DNA of 64,000 bases from Candidatus Omnitrophota bacterium (GCA_028716565.1 JAQUPL010000004.1:4236-68235), one strand, 5' to 3'; counted from the first letter of the stretch, positions 51,147 to 61,054 are shown. The notes: generated by a model not told the origin, from the letters alone. Program-made: numbers and translations.

Positions 51147-53138
51147 TTAAACTCTTATCGGTAAGATGACGACAGGGATGCCTTCGTGGTAGAATTTCCT
51201 CTGCATCGAGAATACCGTATAGTTGTGAAGCAGCCTGGTAAGGAAGGTCTCTTTCGGGAAGACTATCTGGCCTCCGAAGAAGACGGCCTGCGGGTATTTT
51301 TCGGTTATCTGCGGGGCAAGTTTCGACGCCTCCTCGACAACATCAGTGCCGAGAGAGAACATTCCTTCGGCATGGTAACCGTGCTGTTCGACGAAGTTGA
51401 CGTAACGGTCGATCTCGCTCTTCGACTGGGCCTGCAGATGTTCCAATTCGGCCGCACCCTTGAAATTCCCCGCGTCTATTACGCCGATCTGGACAAAGAC
51501 GAAATTCTTGAACGAATCCCCGAAGAGCCGGAAGACATTAAAGAGCGTATGGAGCCCCATCCCGTTAAACCCGTTGACAAGCAGGACGGCTGTCTTAGCC
51601 TCGCGATCGAATTCCCCCATCTCTTTCTTCGTTATGCCCGGGATCTCCTCGGAACTGGAATAACCGGCAGCCATGACCAGGGCGTCGAGCCTCTTTAATA
51701 ATTTCGCCGTATTGTCATAGTGCTTCCTTATTAAGACCACGGCCAGGATCAGCGTCCCGGTCACGATCAGCGTTATCCATCCTCCCTCGGTAAATTTGAC
51801 TACGATGATGGATACGAGGATAAAAGCGGTCAAGACCAACCCTATACTGTTGATCGCGAACTTCCTGCGCCATGATGATAATTTATTACGCTCTATCCAC
51901 CAGTGGCGGACCATCCCGGCCTGCGAGAGTGTAAAGGTTATAAAAACGTTGATACTATAAAGGACGACCATGAACGCGACCGAACCCCGGGTGACTATCA
52001 TCAGTATTAATGCCGCGGCGCCCATTATCAAAACACCGTTCAGCGTGACAAAACGGTCGCTTAACGTCGCGAACCTTGTCGGCACCCATTTATCAAGCGC
52101 CATATAAGATAGGAGCATCGGCCCGCCGATAAAACCGGTTTGCGCCGCCACAAAAAGCAGCACCGCCTCAGAGACGAGCGTTATCAGGATGAACGGTACT
52201 CCCCAGCTCTTGCTCCATGAGCCGGTCACCTGCTCCAGCAACACGGCATTTAATGTCTTCCCTCCCTGAAAATGCACCTTAAAAAGGACGTAAGCGAGCA
52301 TCAGACCCAAGACCATAAAAGCAAGCGATAGCGACATATAGAGCATCGTGCGTTTCGCGGTCTCTACCTTTGGCTCCCTCAGGACGGGAAGCGAATTGCT
52401 TACAGCCTCTATACCGGTATAAGTACCGGCGCCCATGCTGTATGCCTTCAGGACGAGGAATATCATCCCGAAAAAACCCAGTTGAGCCGCGGTACTGCTC
52501 GCGTCGAGCCTCGTCTGTGAGACCACCTGCGGGAAATTCGAGGCGTGCATCGAGAGGGCATATAAGATCAGTAATACGTGGGTTATCATAAATATAACGA
52601 AGATCGGCATAAGGGTCATGACCGACTCCTTCACGCCCCTCAGGTTAAGCAGTATAAGACCGAACAATACAAGACAGGCAAATAAAAGCCTATAAGGATG
52701 CCAGCTCTCGGGAAGGAAACTGAAAACCGCGTCGGCGCCGGCCGCGACAGAAACGGTTATCGTAAGTATGTAGTCTATCAGCAGGGCGCAGCCGGAAACC
52801 ATGCCGGTCTTCGGAGAGAGCAGTTTACTGGCGACGAGATAGCCTCCGCCACCTGACGGGAATACCTCGACTATCTGCGAATAGCTCGTACTTATGATAA
52901 TGACGGTCGCGGCGGTAAGCAGGGCGACGAATATGCCCAGGTACATATGCCCCTGCAACGCCAGGAACGCTTCCTGGGGGCCGTAGCATGACGAAGAGAG
53001 GCCGTCGGCGCCTATGCCGATCCAGGCGAAGAAAGCTATAAGCGAGATCTTATGGAAGATCTTCTTATCGTGCGGGTCATGCGCGCCGCCTATCACTATA
53101 TTCTTTAACTTCTTTCCTATCGTTTTATCCGGTCCCAT
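51147..53138 (-). CDS. APC-superfamily transporter with ~190-aa C-terminal cytoplasmic domain (KimA-like / amino acid permease-like)
   Basis: 663 aa, about 12 TM helices, GADGLSSSCYGPQEAF region, and a hydrophilic C-terminal domain. Confidence 0.6.
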   Translation of the reverse strand: MGPDKTIGKKLKNIVIGGAHDPHDKKIFHKISLIAFFAWIGIGADGLSSSCYGPQEAFLALQGHMYLGIFVALLTAATVIIISTSYSQIVEVFPSGGGGYLVASKLLSPKTGMVSGCALLIDYILTITVSVAAGADAVFSFLPESWHPYRLLFACLVLFGLILLNLRGVKESVMTLMPIFVIFMITHVLLILYALSMHASNFPQVVSQTRLDASSTAAQLGFFGMIFLVLKAYSMGAGTYTGIEAVSNSLPVLREPKVETAKRTMLYMSLSLAFMVLGLMLAYVLFKVHFQGGKTLNAVLLEQVTGSWSKSWGVPFILITLVSEAVLLFVAAQTGFIGGPMLLSYMALDKWVPTRFATLSDRFVTLNGVLIMGAAALILMIVTRGSVAFMVVLYSINVFITFTLSQAGMVRHWWIERNKLSSWRRKFAINSIGLVLTAFILVSIIVVKFTEGGWITLIVTGTLILAVVLIRKHYDNTAKLLKRLDALVMAAGYSSSEEIPGITKKEMGEFDREAKTAVLLVNGFNGMGLHTLFNVFRLFGDSFKNFVFVQIGVIDAGNFKGAAELEHLQAQSKSEIDRYVNFVEQHGYHAEGMFSLGTDVVEEASKLAPQITEKYPQAVFFGGQIVFPKETFLTRLLHNYTVFSMQRKFYHEGIPVVILPIRV

Positions 53139-53161
53139 ATTTCTCCGTCTTTAGTTGACTA

Positions 53162-54388
53162 TTATACCGCAAAAGCTTCCTTCTTCATCAAAAAGAATAA
53201 GGGTACGGCAAGTACCTGCAAGCAGACAGTTACCGCTATCACCGCGATTATAGAATGGTCATATAGGACGCCCATGGCCGCGCTGCCGATAAACATCGCA
53301 AGGCCGTAAACCGTATTAAATAGGCCGTATCCTGTCCCCCTCCTCTTCATCGGAGTAAGGTCGGCGATGGCGGATTTCATTATCGTCTCGTGTATGCCCA
53401 TCACGATCCCCCAGATAACGGCGCTTATCAAAGCGAACGTGAAATTCACGGAAAAAGCAAATACCGGTATAAACGCGGATAACAGCGGGATCGTCATCAG
53501 CGCGCTGAGCCCGGCTTTCTCGTTGTTACTCTTCTTTTTGAGCCGGTCATAATAGGTCCCTATGAACCAGGCCGCGACACCGTCGATCGCCATGGCAATG
53601 GCATAGAAAAGCGGTATCTGGGCGTCGGAAAGGACGTTCTTCGCCTTGAAATGATAACCTATAAGCGCGAAATTCACGAAACCCATTGTCGTTACGAACG
53701 TAAAAGCGGTATAAAGCCAGAATGTCTTGGATAATCTGTCCGGTTCCGGGGCTTTCTTTACGGCCATCTCCAGCTTTTCCGGGTTCGGGACTTTCAAGAA
53801 CGCGAATGTGACGCAGGCCATAACGAGGATGAACGGTATCCAGAAGAGGCTGTAACCTTTCTGGTATTTGGCTATTTCATTCCCGGACGTGCCTATGACC
53901 AGGAAAAGTCCGCTGAGGATAAGCGGGCCGGTCAGGGCCCCGATCTGGTCCATGACCTCGGATATCGCGAACCCCAGGCCTGTGCCCACCTGCTTTGACG
54001 CCTGCGAGACTATCGTGTCCCGCGCCGGCGCCCTCAACGCCTTCCCGAACCTTTCCATTATTATAAAAAGGGCCGCGACCTGCCATACGCCTGTCAAAGA
54101 AAGCAGCGGAACAGAGACAAGCAACCCGTACCCCAGGAAAGTAAAGACCCAGTAAGCCCTCGTCTTATCGGCGAAATACCCGGAGACGAGCCGTATCGCG
54201 TAGCCGATGAACTCTCCCAATCCGGCTACGAAACCGACAACGGCGGCGCTGACACCGAGCGTCTTTAAGTAAGGCCCATTGACGCTGCGCGCGCCCTCGT
54301 AGACTATGTCGCCGAAGAGGCTGACCAGCCCAAATATGATTATTAGATGAAAAGCGGCTTTTCTGCTGTTGCCGGCTACCGTCCCCAT
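53162..54388 (-). CDS. MFS transporter
   Basis: 408 aa with 12 TM helices and MFS motif-A-like GYFADKTRAYW. Confidence 0.7.
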   Translation of the reverse strand: MGTVAGNSRKAAFHLIIIFGLVSLFGDIVYEGARSVNGPYLKTLGVSAAVVGFVAGLGEFIGYAIRLVSGYFADKTRAYWVFTFLGYGLLVSVPLLSLTGVWQVAALFIIMERFGKALRAPARDTIVSQASKQVGTGLGFAISEVMDQIGALTGPLILSGLFLVIGTSGNEIAKYQKGYSLFWIPFILVMACVTFAFLKVPNPEKLEMAVKKAPEPDRLSKTFWLYTAFTFVTTMGFVNFALIGYHFKAKNVLSDAQIPLFYAIAMAIDGVAAWFIGTYYDRLKKKSNNEKAGLSALMTIPLLSAFIPVFAFSVNFTFALISAVIWGIVMGIHETIMKSAIADLTPMKRRGTGYGLFNTVYGLAMFIGSAAMGVLYDHSIIAVIAVTVCLQVLAVPLFFLMKKEAFAV

Positions 54389-54858
54389 TTAGAGATCTCT
54401 TCTTCCTTGTTTTCGTGCCGGCGTTTCGAATCCATCGCGACTATCAGGGTGCGGACGGACTCGCTCTCTGAGACCCACTTGAGCCCGAGTATCAGCGCCG
54501 CGGCCAGGAATTGCGCGAAATATTTCGGTACGGTAAATGACAGCAAAAACGCCGCGACAGTCGCGGCCAGCCATAGATTAGCCTTAAAATGCTTTTTTCT
54601 GGAGTCCATCTTAGCCAAGCCTTTCGCCTTTCGTATTATTTCCATATTTGACGCCGGCAAGTCCCCTGCGTTATGCGACCTCTCCCCCAGATAACCTGCC
54701 CGGACACTCTCCAGGCATGCGGGGCAGCCGGCTATATGCTCCTCTATAGCGCGTGCCTCGCCGTCCTTTAGCTTGCCTCCGAGGAAGGCTGCCAGGTCCG
54801 CCTCATCCGGGCATCTGGTCGCCGTCGCGTCATGTAATTTCGTCATCTTCCCTTCCAT
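54376..54858 (-). CDS. anti-sigma factor with zinc-finger (zf-HC2) N-domain and one TM
   Basis: HxxxCxxC-like motif (HIAGCPACLE), a single TM helix, and a position directly downstream of the ECF sigma gene. Confidence 0.65.
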   Translation of the reverse strand: MEGKMTKLHDATATRCPDEADLAAFLGGKLKDGEARAIEEHIAGCPACLESVRAGYLGERSHNAGDLPASNMEIIRKAKGLAKMDSRKKHFKANLWLAATVAAFLLSFTVPKYFAQFLAAALILGLKWVSESESVRTLIVAMDSKRRHENKEEEISKWGR

Positions 54859-54859
54859 G

Positions 54860-55498
54860 TTATAATAGACGCTCTTTTTCGAGTTTTTCTTTCAAGTATT
54901 TTTTCGCCCGCGCGATAGTCGTAGATACTGTATTTACCGGAATATTGAGCGCATCTGCTATCTCGCTGTGCTTCATGCCGTGGAGGATGTCGAGTTTTAC
55001 GGCTATCTTCTCCTTCGGCTTAAGCGCCTCGATGACCGATTCCAACGCCTCCCTGGCCTCGCTCAACTGCGCCTCCCTGTCGGGGCCCGGGGCCTTTGAC
55101 GGCAGGACCTCTTCGAGCGTCCTCGTCCCTCCGTCGCCGTTTTTGTATATCTCTTCATATATGGATATCGAATTAGGCGGCGACTGGCGCTTCATCCTCC
55201 TAAAATGGTCGACCGCCGCGTTTCCGGCTACCATCGCGAGCCATCCGGCGACCTTATCCTTCTCCTTGAGCTGGGCGAGCTTATCGCCGGCCCATAAAGC
55301 GATAAAGACATCCTGGTGGATGTCATTTATGTCTTCGTCTTCGAAATTATACCCGAGCCGTTTCAGCCTGTCCCTTATCGCCCAATATACCACCTTTGAG
55401 TAGCGCTCCACGAACATGTCCCACGAGCGCTTATCCTTCTTTATGCATCCTTCAATCAATTGTTCCGGGGATGGGCTGGCCAGGTCTGAGGATCCCAT
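54860..55498 (-). CDS. RNA polymerase ECF-type sigma factor
   Basis: 212 aa with sigma70 region 2 and region 4 HTH (HSEIADALNIPVNTVSTTIARAKKYLKE). Confidence 0.8.
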   Translation of the reverse strand: MGSSDLASPSPEQLIEGCIKKDKRSWDMFVERYSKVVYWAIRDRLKRLGYNFEDEDINDIHQDVFIALWAGDKLAQLKEKDKVAGWLAMVAGNAAVDHFRRMKRQSPPNSISIYEEIYKNGDGGTRTLEEVLPSKAPGPDREAQLSEAREALESVIEALKPKEKIAVKLDILHGMKHSEIADALNIPVNTVSTTIARAKKYLKEKLEKERLL

Positions 55499-56116
55499 TT
55501 ACTGCTTCGGCATCACCTTTTCTTCAAAGGCCTTCGCCGTTACCGGCATCGTCTCCCTAAATATCTCCAGGAGCGCCTTTGCGTATTCGCGGATCTCGGG
55601 CTGCGCGGCCTTATCGAGGCGCAGCTTGAGGAAATTCATCAGAGAACGGGCATTTACCGTCCAGTAATAGAGCGTATACAGCGAAAGCGGCAGGACGCCG
55701 CGGGCTTGTTCGCGTTTTACGCCGGAAGCGACGATCGCCTCGTAAGCTTCAAATGCGTCGTTTATCGTCTTCTTATATTTTTCCAGCGCCTCGCCGGAAA
55801 TGTTATCAGGCGTGTAAAAATCCCTCTTTGCCAGGCAATACCGAAGGGACATCTCGTTGTATGTGCCGATGCGGTGGCGGATCCACTGGCGCGCGACAAA
55901 TATCGGGCATTTGACATCGAACCTGAAATAGGCGTGCTCGAACGGCGTGCCGTGGTCCTTGGCTATGAGGTGGCGGATGAGTTTCTCGTCGGCTTCAGCG
56001 CCCTGCGGCTCGCTCATGTAGCAGCGGCGTGCGCCTTCTATGACCGCCTTGTCCCCGCCCATGGAATCGACGAGCGCGACATATCCGTTATCCAGAACTT
56101 TTATCTGTTGGGGCAT
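55499..56116 (-). CDS. thyX: FAD-dependent thymidylate synthase
   Basis: ThyX RHR motif (WIRHRIGTYNEMSLRY). Length 205 aa. Confidence 0.9.
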   Translation of the reverse strand: MPQQIKVLDNGYVALVDSMGGDKAVIEGARRCYMSEPQGAEADEKLIRHLIAKDHGTPFEHAYFRFDVKCPIFVARQWIRHRIGTYNEMSLRYCLAKRDFYTPDNISGEALEKYKKTINDAFEAYEAIVASGVKREQARGVLPLSLYTLYYWTVNARSLMNFLKLRLDKAAQPEIREYAKALLEIFRETMPVTAKAFEEKVMPKQ

Positions 56117-56122
56117 GATCGG

Positions 56123-56281
56123 CTATTTATTCTCTGGGGTGTTGTACTTCTTGGCCTTCTCTTTCTTCTCGTAGCATTCCGGGCAATTATAGACCGGCTT
56201 GGCCAACGCCCTGTCGTATCCCGGGGCGACTACCACCCTCCTCACCTCAGGCACGTCCCGTCCGCATGTATCGCATTTCAT
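56123..56281 (-). CDS. hypothetical small zinc-ribbon protein (52 aa)
   Basis: Not in the ORF track because it is under 60 aa. MKCDTCGRDVPEVRRVVVAPGYDRALAKPVYNCPECYEKKEKAKKYNTPENK. Contains CxxC...CxxC and ends 7 nt before the thyX start. Confidence 0.35.
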   Translation of the reverse strand: MKCDTCGRDVPEVRRVVVAPGYDRALAKPVYNCPECYEKKEKAKKYNTPENK

Positions 56282-56334
56282 TGGATATCCTCCGATTTGA
56301 TGATTTTATCAATATTAGGGGGCTTTTTCAATGC

Positions 56335-57192
56335 CTATTTAGGCTTATGGACGGTAAAATTCATAAAGACCACAATGACCGTAACGGCGATAATTATGCC
56401 TATTATGGCGGCATAAGAGAGCGTAAATGCGGCCTGCGGGGCGGCAAGGACCGCCGTCCCCCACTGGCTGGGATCGGAATAGAACTCTTTTGTGCCGGTC
56501 CAGGCCAGTTGCGCCTTCCTTTTACTCCCTCCGGGGACCTTGCTATTGTCGCTGTCATCTACCGCTATATCGAAATCAAACTTCTTGCCCAGTTCAGGCT
56601 TGAACCCGCCCAACACCTTAAAAGGTATCTTGGCCTCGATGATGTACCCTTTATCCCACTGTTTCGAGACGACTTCTATGCCGCTCTGGTAATCGTCGCA
56701 CCGCCAGACCCATTCGCCCGGCTTGATATCCTTGTTGTTGCCGGGGCTTAGCCCTATCTGGTAATCACCCTTGCCGAAATATATCCTCGCGGGATCCGCC
56801 TTCTCGTCCATCCCCAAGAGGACCTCTATGGCGTCGCCGTCCCAAATATCAGGCCCTTCCTTGCCGTTATCTAATGGGACATCGTCGGTCACCCTGGCCG
56901 CGACGTAGAGGTTCTCATCGTCCCAGAGGAGATAAATATCCGCGCTGATGTCATCCTTTCCGCCATATTCGAAATACTGGAGCTTTTCGAAGGACTCGCC
57001 GTCCATCCTTATGGCGTACCCGGGATACTCATCGAGATTCCCGTCGATCAGGACGGGCTGTTCCGCTTTCGGTATCCGGACCCCGGGCTTTTGCTGCGGC
57101 TTGTCCGCGGGATATGCGTTACGCACCGTGAGAAAAACCAAACACAGGATAATTGCGGGAAAAAGGAATTTTGCCTTCATGCTCCCCTCCAA
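56335..57192 (-). CDS. CBM9-like/DOMON-like carbohydrate-binding domain protein, secreted with C-terminal TM anchor
   Basis: Signal peptide; a CBM9-like pattern (LIDGNLDEY...ADIYLLWDDENLYVAARVTDD...WDGDAIEV...KGYIIEAKIPF...FDFDIAVDDSD); and a C-terminal hydrophobic helix. Confidence 0.65.
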   Translation of the reverse strand: MEGSMKAKFLFPAIILCLVFLTVRNAYPADKPQQKPGVRIPKAEQPVLIDGNLDEYPGYAIRMDGESFEKLQYFEYGGKDDISADIYLLWDDENLYVAARVTDDVPLDNGKEGPDIWDGDAIEVLLGMDEKADPARIYFGKGDYQIGLSPGNNKDIKPGEWVWRCDDYQSGIEVVSKQWDKGYIIEAKIPFKVLGGFKPELGKKFDFDIAVDDSDNSKVPGGSKRKAQLAWTGTKEFYSDPSQWGTAVLAAPQAAFTLSYAAIIGIIIAVTVIVVFMNFTVHKPK

Positions 57193-57196
57193 AAGA

Positions 57197-57979
57197 TCAC
57201 CATCTGTCCTTGTCTATCGGCTTATTTATCCAGCCGTTAAAATCCAGGACGCCGTTTATCTGGCGGTTGATATTGCCGATCCTCTCCCCTTCGTAAGGGT
57301 GGGACCTGAAGTAGGTATAGGACCTTATCTTGTCTTTCCCGACTTCGTGCATCGTTTCCATAAAAGTGATCAACGCATACGGGTCGTAACCCGCCTTTTT
57401 AGTGTATATGACGGCCCTCCTGTCCGCCTCGAACTCGTCCTCCCTGGAATAGGCCGCCAGAAGGGATGAGAGGGCGAGATTGGTAGCCTGGGAGGCACTC
57501 CCGCCGCCGGTTGCCGTGACGGCTATCATTATGGCGGTCATTATGGAACTGGTCTGCTGTTGTTTAGCGGAATGCCGCGCGCAGATATGCCCGATTTCAT
57601 GGGCGATTACCCCGGCCAGCTCATCGTCATTCTTGCACTTCTCGACGAGCCCCTTGAAGACATAGACCCATCCGCCCGGCAGGGAGACCGCGTTTATGTC
57701 GTTGATATCCAGCACCTTGAAATGGTAGATAAGCTCTTTTCGGTCGCAAACCTTGGCCAGGTTGTTGCCTATAAGCTCAACGCGCTCCTCCATATGCTTG
57801 TCGTCGACGAGCTTGTAAGCCTTTTCGACCTGCTTGGAGACGGAATCGCCTATGGTTACCTCCTGTTCGGTAGACATATTGATCGACTCGTCCCTGTGGG
57901 TGACGGTATTATATTCCGCATAAACCGGCGTTAAGGCCAGAAGAGCGGGAAAAAGCGCCAAAAGGACGGGAAGTTTCAT
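57197..57979 (-). CDS. M48-family zinc metalloprotease (secreted)
   Basis: Signal peptide and HEIGHICARH (HExxH) with a downstream EFEADRRA motif. Confidence 0.8.
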   Translation of the reverse strand: MKLPVLLALFPALLALTPVYAEYNTVTHRDESINMSTEQEVTIGDSVSKQVEKAYKLVDDKHMEERVELIGNNLAKVCDRKELIYHFKVLDINDINAVSLPGGWVYVFKGLVEKCKNDDELAGVIAHEIGHICARHSAKQQQTSSIMTAIMIAVTATGGGSASQATNLALSSLLAAYSREDEFEADRRAVIYTKKAGYDPYALITFMETMHEVGKDKIRSYTYFRSHPYEGERIGNINRQINGVLDFNGWINKPIDKDRW

Positions 57980-57996
57980 GGTAATAAATTAACATA

Positions 57997-58506
57997 TTGC
58001 AAAAAGGAAGTAAAGCCCTTATAATAACGGATGTGAGATATTTTATACTTTTGATCCTTATCGCGGGCGCCGTCTTTTCCGCGGCCGGCTGCTCGGAAAA
58101 GGGCCCCAATAAAGAGGTCATCGCCAAAATAGGCGATTATTCCTTATATAAAGAGGATTTCCTCTCTGAGGCATCGCTTTACACTCCGGAATACCGCAAT
58201 AGCGTCCCCAAAGAACGGCTCCTGAACGATATAATAGAGAAAAAGGTCCTTCTGCTGGAAGCCCGGCGCCTGGGCCTTGACAGGGACCCTGAATTCATGA
58301 AGATGGTCGAGCGGTTCTGGGAGCAGAGCCTCCTGCGTTCGCTCCTGAATAAGAAGTCGGAAGAGTTCCTCTCCTCGATCCCTGAGACGGAAAAAGACCG
58401 CAACCGGAAAGCGAGCGGGATGATCAAGGCGTGGATCGCCGGCCTCCAGAAGGGGACGAAGATCGACATCAACAGAGAAGCCCTTAAGAAGATAGATATA
58501 AAATGA
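57997..58506 (+). CDS. putative lipoprotein with SurA N-terminal-like chaperone domain
   Basis: Lipobox SAAGC (the likely start is the GTG at 58033, giving MRYFILLILIAG...). Helical domain resembling SurA_N/PpiD N-region. Overlaps the next gene by 4 nt. Confidence 0.5.
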   Translation: MQKGSKALIITDVRYFILLILIAGAVFSAAGCSEKGPNKEVIAKIGDYSLYKEDFLSEASLYTPEYRNSVPKERLLNDIIEKKVLLLEARRLGLDRDPEFMKMVERFWEQSLLRSLLNKKSEEFLSSIPETEKDRNRKASGMIKAWIAGLQKGTKIDINREALKKIDIK

Positions 58507-59675
58507 CAAAAGCCCCGGAGCAGAGGAACAGGAGAAGAAATTATTTCATAAAGAAAAAATTCCAGGCGAGTTTCATAGTCAAGTTCTGCCTGCTCCTGAT
58601 ATTGGCCTGCCTTATAATGAGCGTCATCTCCCTCCTCCTTACAAAGAAGACCGTGACCACGAGTTTCGAGGGCCTGAGGCTTATCGTAAAGAGCACCGCA
58701 GATTACATACTGCCTGTCCTGGCCTCCAGCGGCATGATAGCCATCGTGCTCGTGAGCCTCGCGACCATAGCGGTGCTCCTTTTTATATCCCACCGTATCT
58801 ACGGGCCCATATACCGCCTGGAAAAAGATGTCGCCGAGATAGGCAAAGGCAACCTGACAGTGGAAGTCCGCCTAAGGGAGCACGACGAATTCAAAGACCT
58901 GGGCGGGATAATAAACGCCGCGGTCAAGAACATAAAAGATCCCCTCTCCTCTTCGCAGGCCAAAATAAAAGAACTCGAGGAAGAGGTCAAAGGGATAAGG
59001 TCCCTGCTGCGGTCTAAGGGCGCGCCTGAAGGCGAGATAGAAAAGAGATTGGGCGATATCGAAAAAAAGATCGGGCAGGTAAAGAACAACCTCTCTTATT
59101 TCAGGATATCCCCCGTATTTTTGTTCCTCCTCCTCTTCGCCGCGGCGAGCGCCCCGGCGAGCGTCACCTCGGAGGACGGCCGGTTCTTCGACGGCAGCGA
59201 TTGGACGAGCGTAAACAGCCTCTATTGCACCGTCTTTTTTAAGGACGGCGTCGACCTCGCGGCGGTAAACGGCAGGATAGACACGTACAAGATAGATTAC
59301 GGGCTTACGGAAAAACCTCCGCGCGGGGGCGACGATACGAAGGACGAGATCGCGTACAAATTAGACCTTATATTCTTCAAGGTGCAGGAAATACTCGACA
59401 TGAGGCCGAAAGACCTTCGGGTGAACGTCAGGATCTACAGGGGGCAGGACGATCTCGACAGGGTATATGTCGAAATATTCAGGCAGGATAACAAGTTCAT
59501 AGCCTACTATATATTCAAGCTAAACACGCTCTTCGCCAGCGAGGAGAAGGTCTCGGCCAATGTCCTCGCCCACGAGATAGCGCATTGCGTCGTCGACCAT
59601 TACTTCTCGGTCATCCCTCCCACTAAAGTCGCGGAGATGATCGCGCAATACGCGGACGCCCACTTAAGGAACTAA
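58503..59675 (+). CDS. hypothetical HAMP-domain membrane protein with extracytoplasmic C-terminal HExxH domain
   Basis: Two N-terminal TM helices, HAMP (HRIYGPIYRLEKDVAEIGKGNLTVEV) and a coiled coil. An internal signal-like hydrophobic segment (FLFLLLFAAASAPASV) is followed by a ~190-aa domain ending with LAHEIAHCVVDH. Confidence 0.5.
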   Translation: MTKAPEQRNRRRNYFIKKKFQASFIVKFCLLLILACLIMSVISLLLTKKTVTTSFEGLRLIVKSTADYILPVLASSGMIAIVLVSLATIAVLLFISHRIYGPIYRLEKDVAEIGKGNLTVEVRLREHDEFKDLGGIINAAVKNIKDPLSSSQAKIKELEEEVKGIRSLLRSKGAPEGEIEKRLGDIEKKIGQVKNNLSYFRISPVFLFLLLFAAASAPASVTSEDGRFFDGSDWTSVNSLYCTVFFKDGVDLAAVNGRIDTYKIDYGLTEKPPRGGDDTKDEIAYKLDLIFFKVQEILDMRPKDLRVNVRIYRGQDDLDRVYVEIFRQDNKFIAYYIFKLNTLFASEEKVSANVLAHEIAHCVVDHYFSVIPPTKVAEMIAQYADAHLRN

Positions 59676-59689
59676 TTATCCCTGAGGGG

Positions 59690-61054
59690 CTAATTAGGTT
59701 TCTTACCAACCCTCGGCGGCTCGACCGCCGCGCAACCCTTTGACCATAACTCCTTAAGGGCGTAATACGCCTTTTTGGGTATCCTCTTGTTGACGCCGGT
59801 ATCTTTATCTTTCTCGAGGCTTAACCCGACGATGCCGTACCACTCCTCGTTCATGTTCATATGGCCTTCAGTCTCGATATCAAAATAATAGGCGCCGTTA
59901 GGCCAGCCTGCCGCCTCGTCCTGCACAAACCAGCCCGCGGGATTGGACGCGTCGTGCTTCCACCATTCATCGTTCCACTCGAATATACAGCCTCCCAGCA
60001 CCGTCCCCTTGCCCGTCATGCCGCAGCTATTGCGAAGCATCTCTTTCCACTGGGTTATAAGGAACTTGACCTGGTCGTCCTCATCTTCCTTTTTAGTGAG
60101 GGCATTGAACCTGTCACAGCCGAATTCGATCAATACTATAGGTTTGCCGAGACGCTTATCAGCCTGCTCCCATGTATTGCCGAAACTCATACCGCGGTAA
60201 GAGATAAGCCCGAGTATGTCTACATCGGGCGTCAACGGCTTTGCGATCTCGAGATAGAAGACTTCGCCGTTCCCCATCGCTACCGGATGGTTCGGGTCTA
60301 TCTTTTTTGTCTCCTTCGCGATGTCATTTACAAAGGAATAATATATCTTAGCTTTAGCGTTCGCCCTCTCCTTCGGGTCCTCTATCGCGTCAAGCTCGGC
60401 CGAGCCCCACGGGGACATCGAGTCGTCGAAACTATAATCATTCTCGTTACCCAACACCCACATCAATATTCCCGGTTCGTCCTTATAGGTCTTGACTATG
60501 CTCAGCACTTGTTCCTTCAATAATTGCCTGTAATTTTCGTCGGTATAATTGGGAGGCGGGACATCATATATACCGAGGTTGTGGCCGAGGATCGTGCGGA
60601 TGCCGAATTTCTGGAAAAGGTCACTTATAACTTGCTTGACCTCTTTCGGGTTTTCCCCCGGCTGATAGATGCGGATCGTATTGATGCCGGCATCTTTCAT
60701 AAGCTGGCCGTCGGTCAGCCACGGTTTCGCCGGGTCGCCCCACCAGTTGTAGGTATAGTCATTTCCCGGAGGTACGGGCTGATAGCATACACCTATGATA
60801 AGATACGGCGCGCCGCCGGCCAAAAGCCTGTAATGACCGCTTTTCAGCAGCCTCTCCAGGACGACCTTCTTTGTCTTGGCATCGGGCTTCTGCGAGATCT
60901 TGTTCAGGAGGAAACACCCGCCAATGAAGAAAACCAGCAGTAATAGTACCAGCGGGATCGCAAAATACCGCCTTTTCTTGTGGCCCCTTCTAGCGTGATG
61001 GACATCATGATGGCCTTCGTGATGTCCGGGATGATGGCTTGTATGATGGTCCAT
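59690..61054 (-). CDS. membrane-anchored clan GH-A (GH5-like TIM-barrel) glycoside hydrolase with His-rich N-terminal tail
   Basis: N-terminus MDHHTSHHPGHHEGHHDVHHARRGH followed by a TM. Catalytic-type motifs MWVLGNENDY (acid/base NE) and VLIEFG (nucleophile E). Confidence 0.6.
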   Translation of the reverse strand: MDHHTSHHPGHHEGHHDVHHARRGHKKRRYFAIPLVLLLLVFFIGGCFLLNKISQKPDAKTKKVVLERLLKSGHYRLLAGGAPYLIIGVCYQPVPPGNDYTYNWWGDPAKPWLTDGQLMKDAGINTIRIYQPGENPKEVKQVISDLFQKFGIRTILGHNLGIYDVPPPNYTDENYRQLLKEQVLSIVKTYKDEPGILMWVLGNENDYSFDDSMSPWGSAELDAIEDPKERANAKAKIYYSFVNDIAKETKKIDPNHPVAMGNGEVFYLEIAKPLTPDVDILGLISYRGMSFGNTWEQADKRLGKPIVLIEFGCDRFNALTKKEDEDDQVKFLITQWKEMLRNSCGMTGKGTVLGGCIFEWNDEWWKHDASNPAGWFVQDEAAGWPNGAYYFDIETEGHMNMNEEWYGIVGLSLEKDKDTGVNKRIPKKAYYALKELWSKGCAAVEPPRVGKKPN

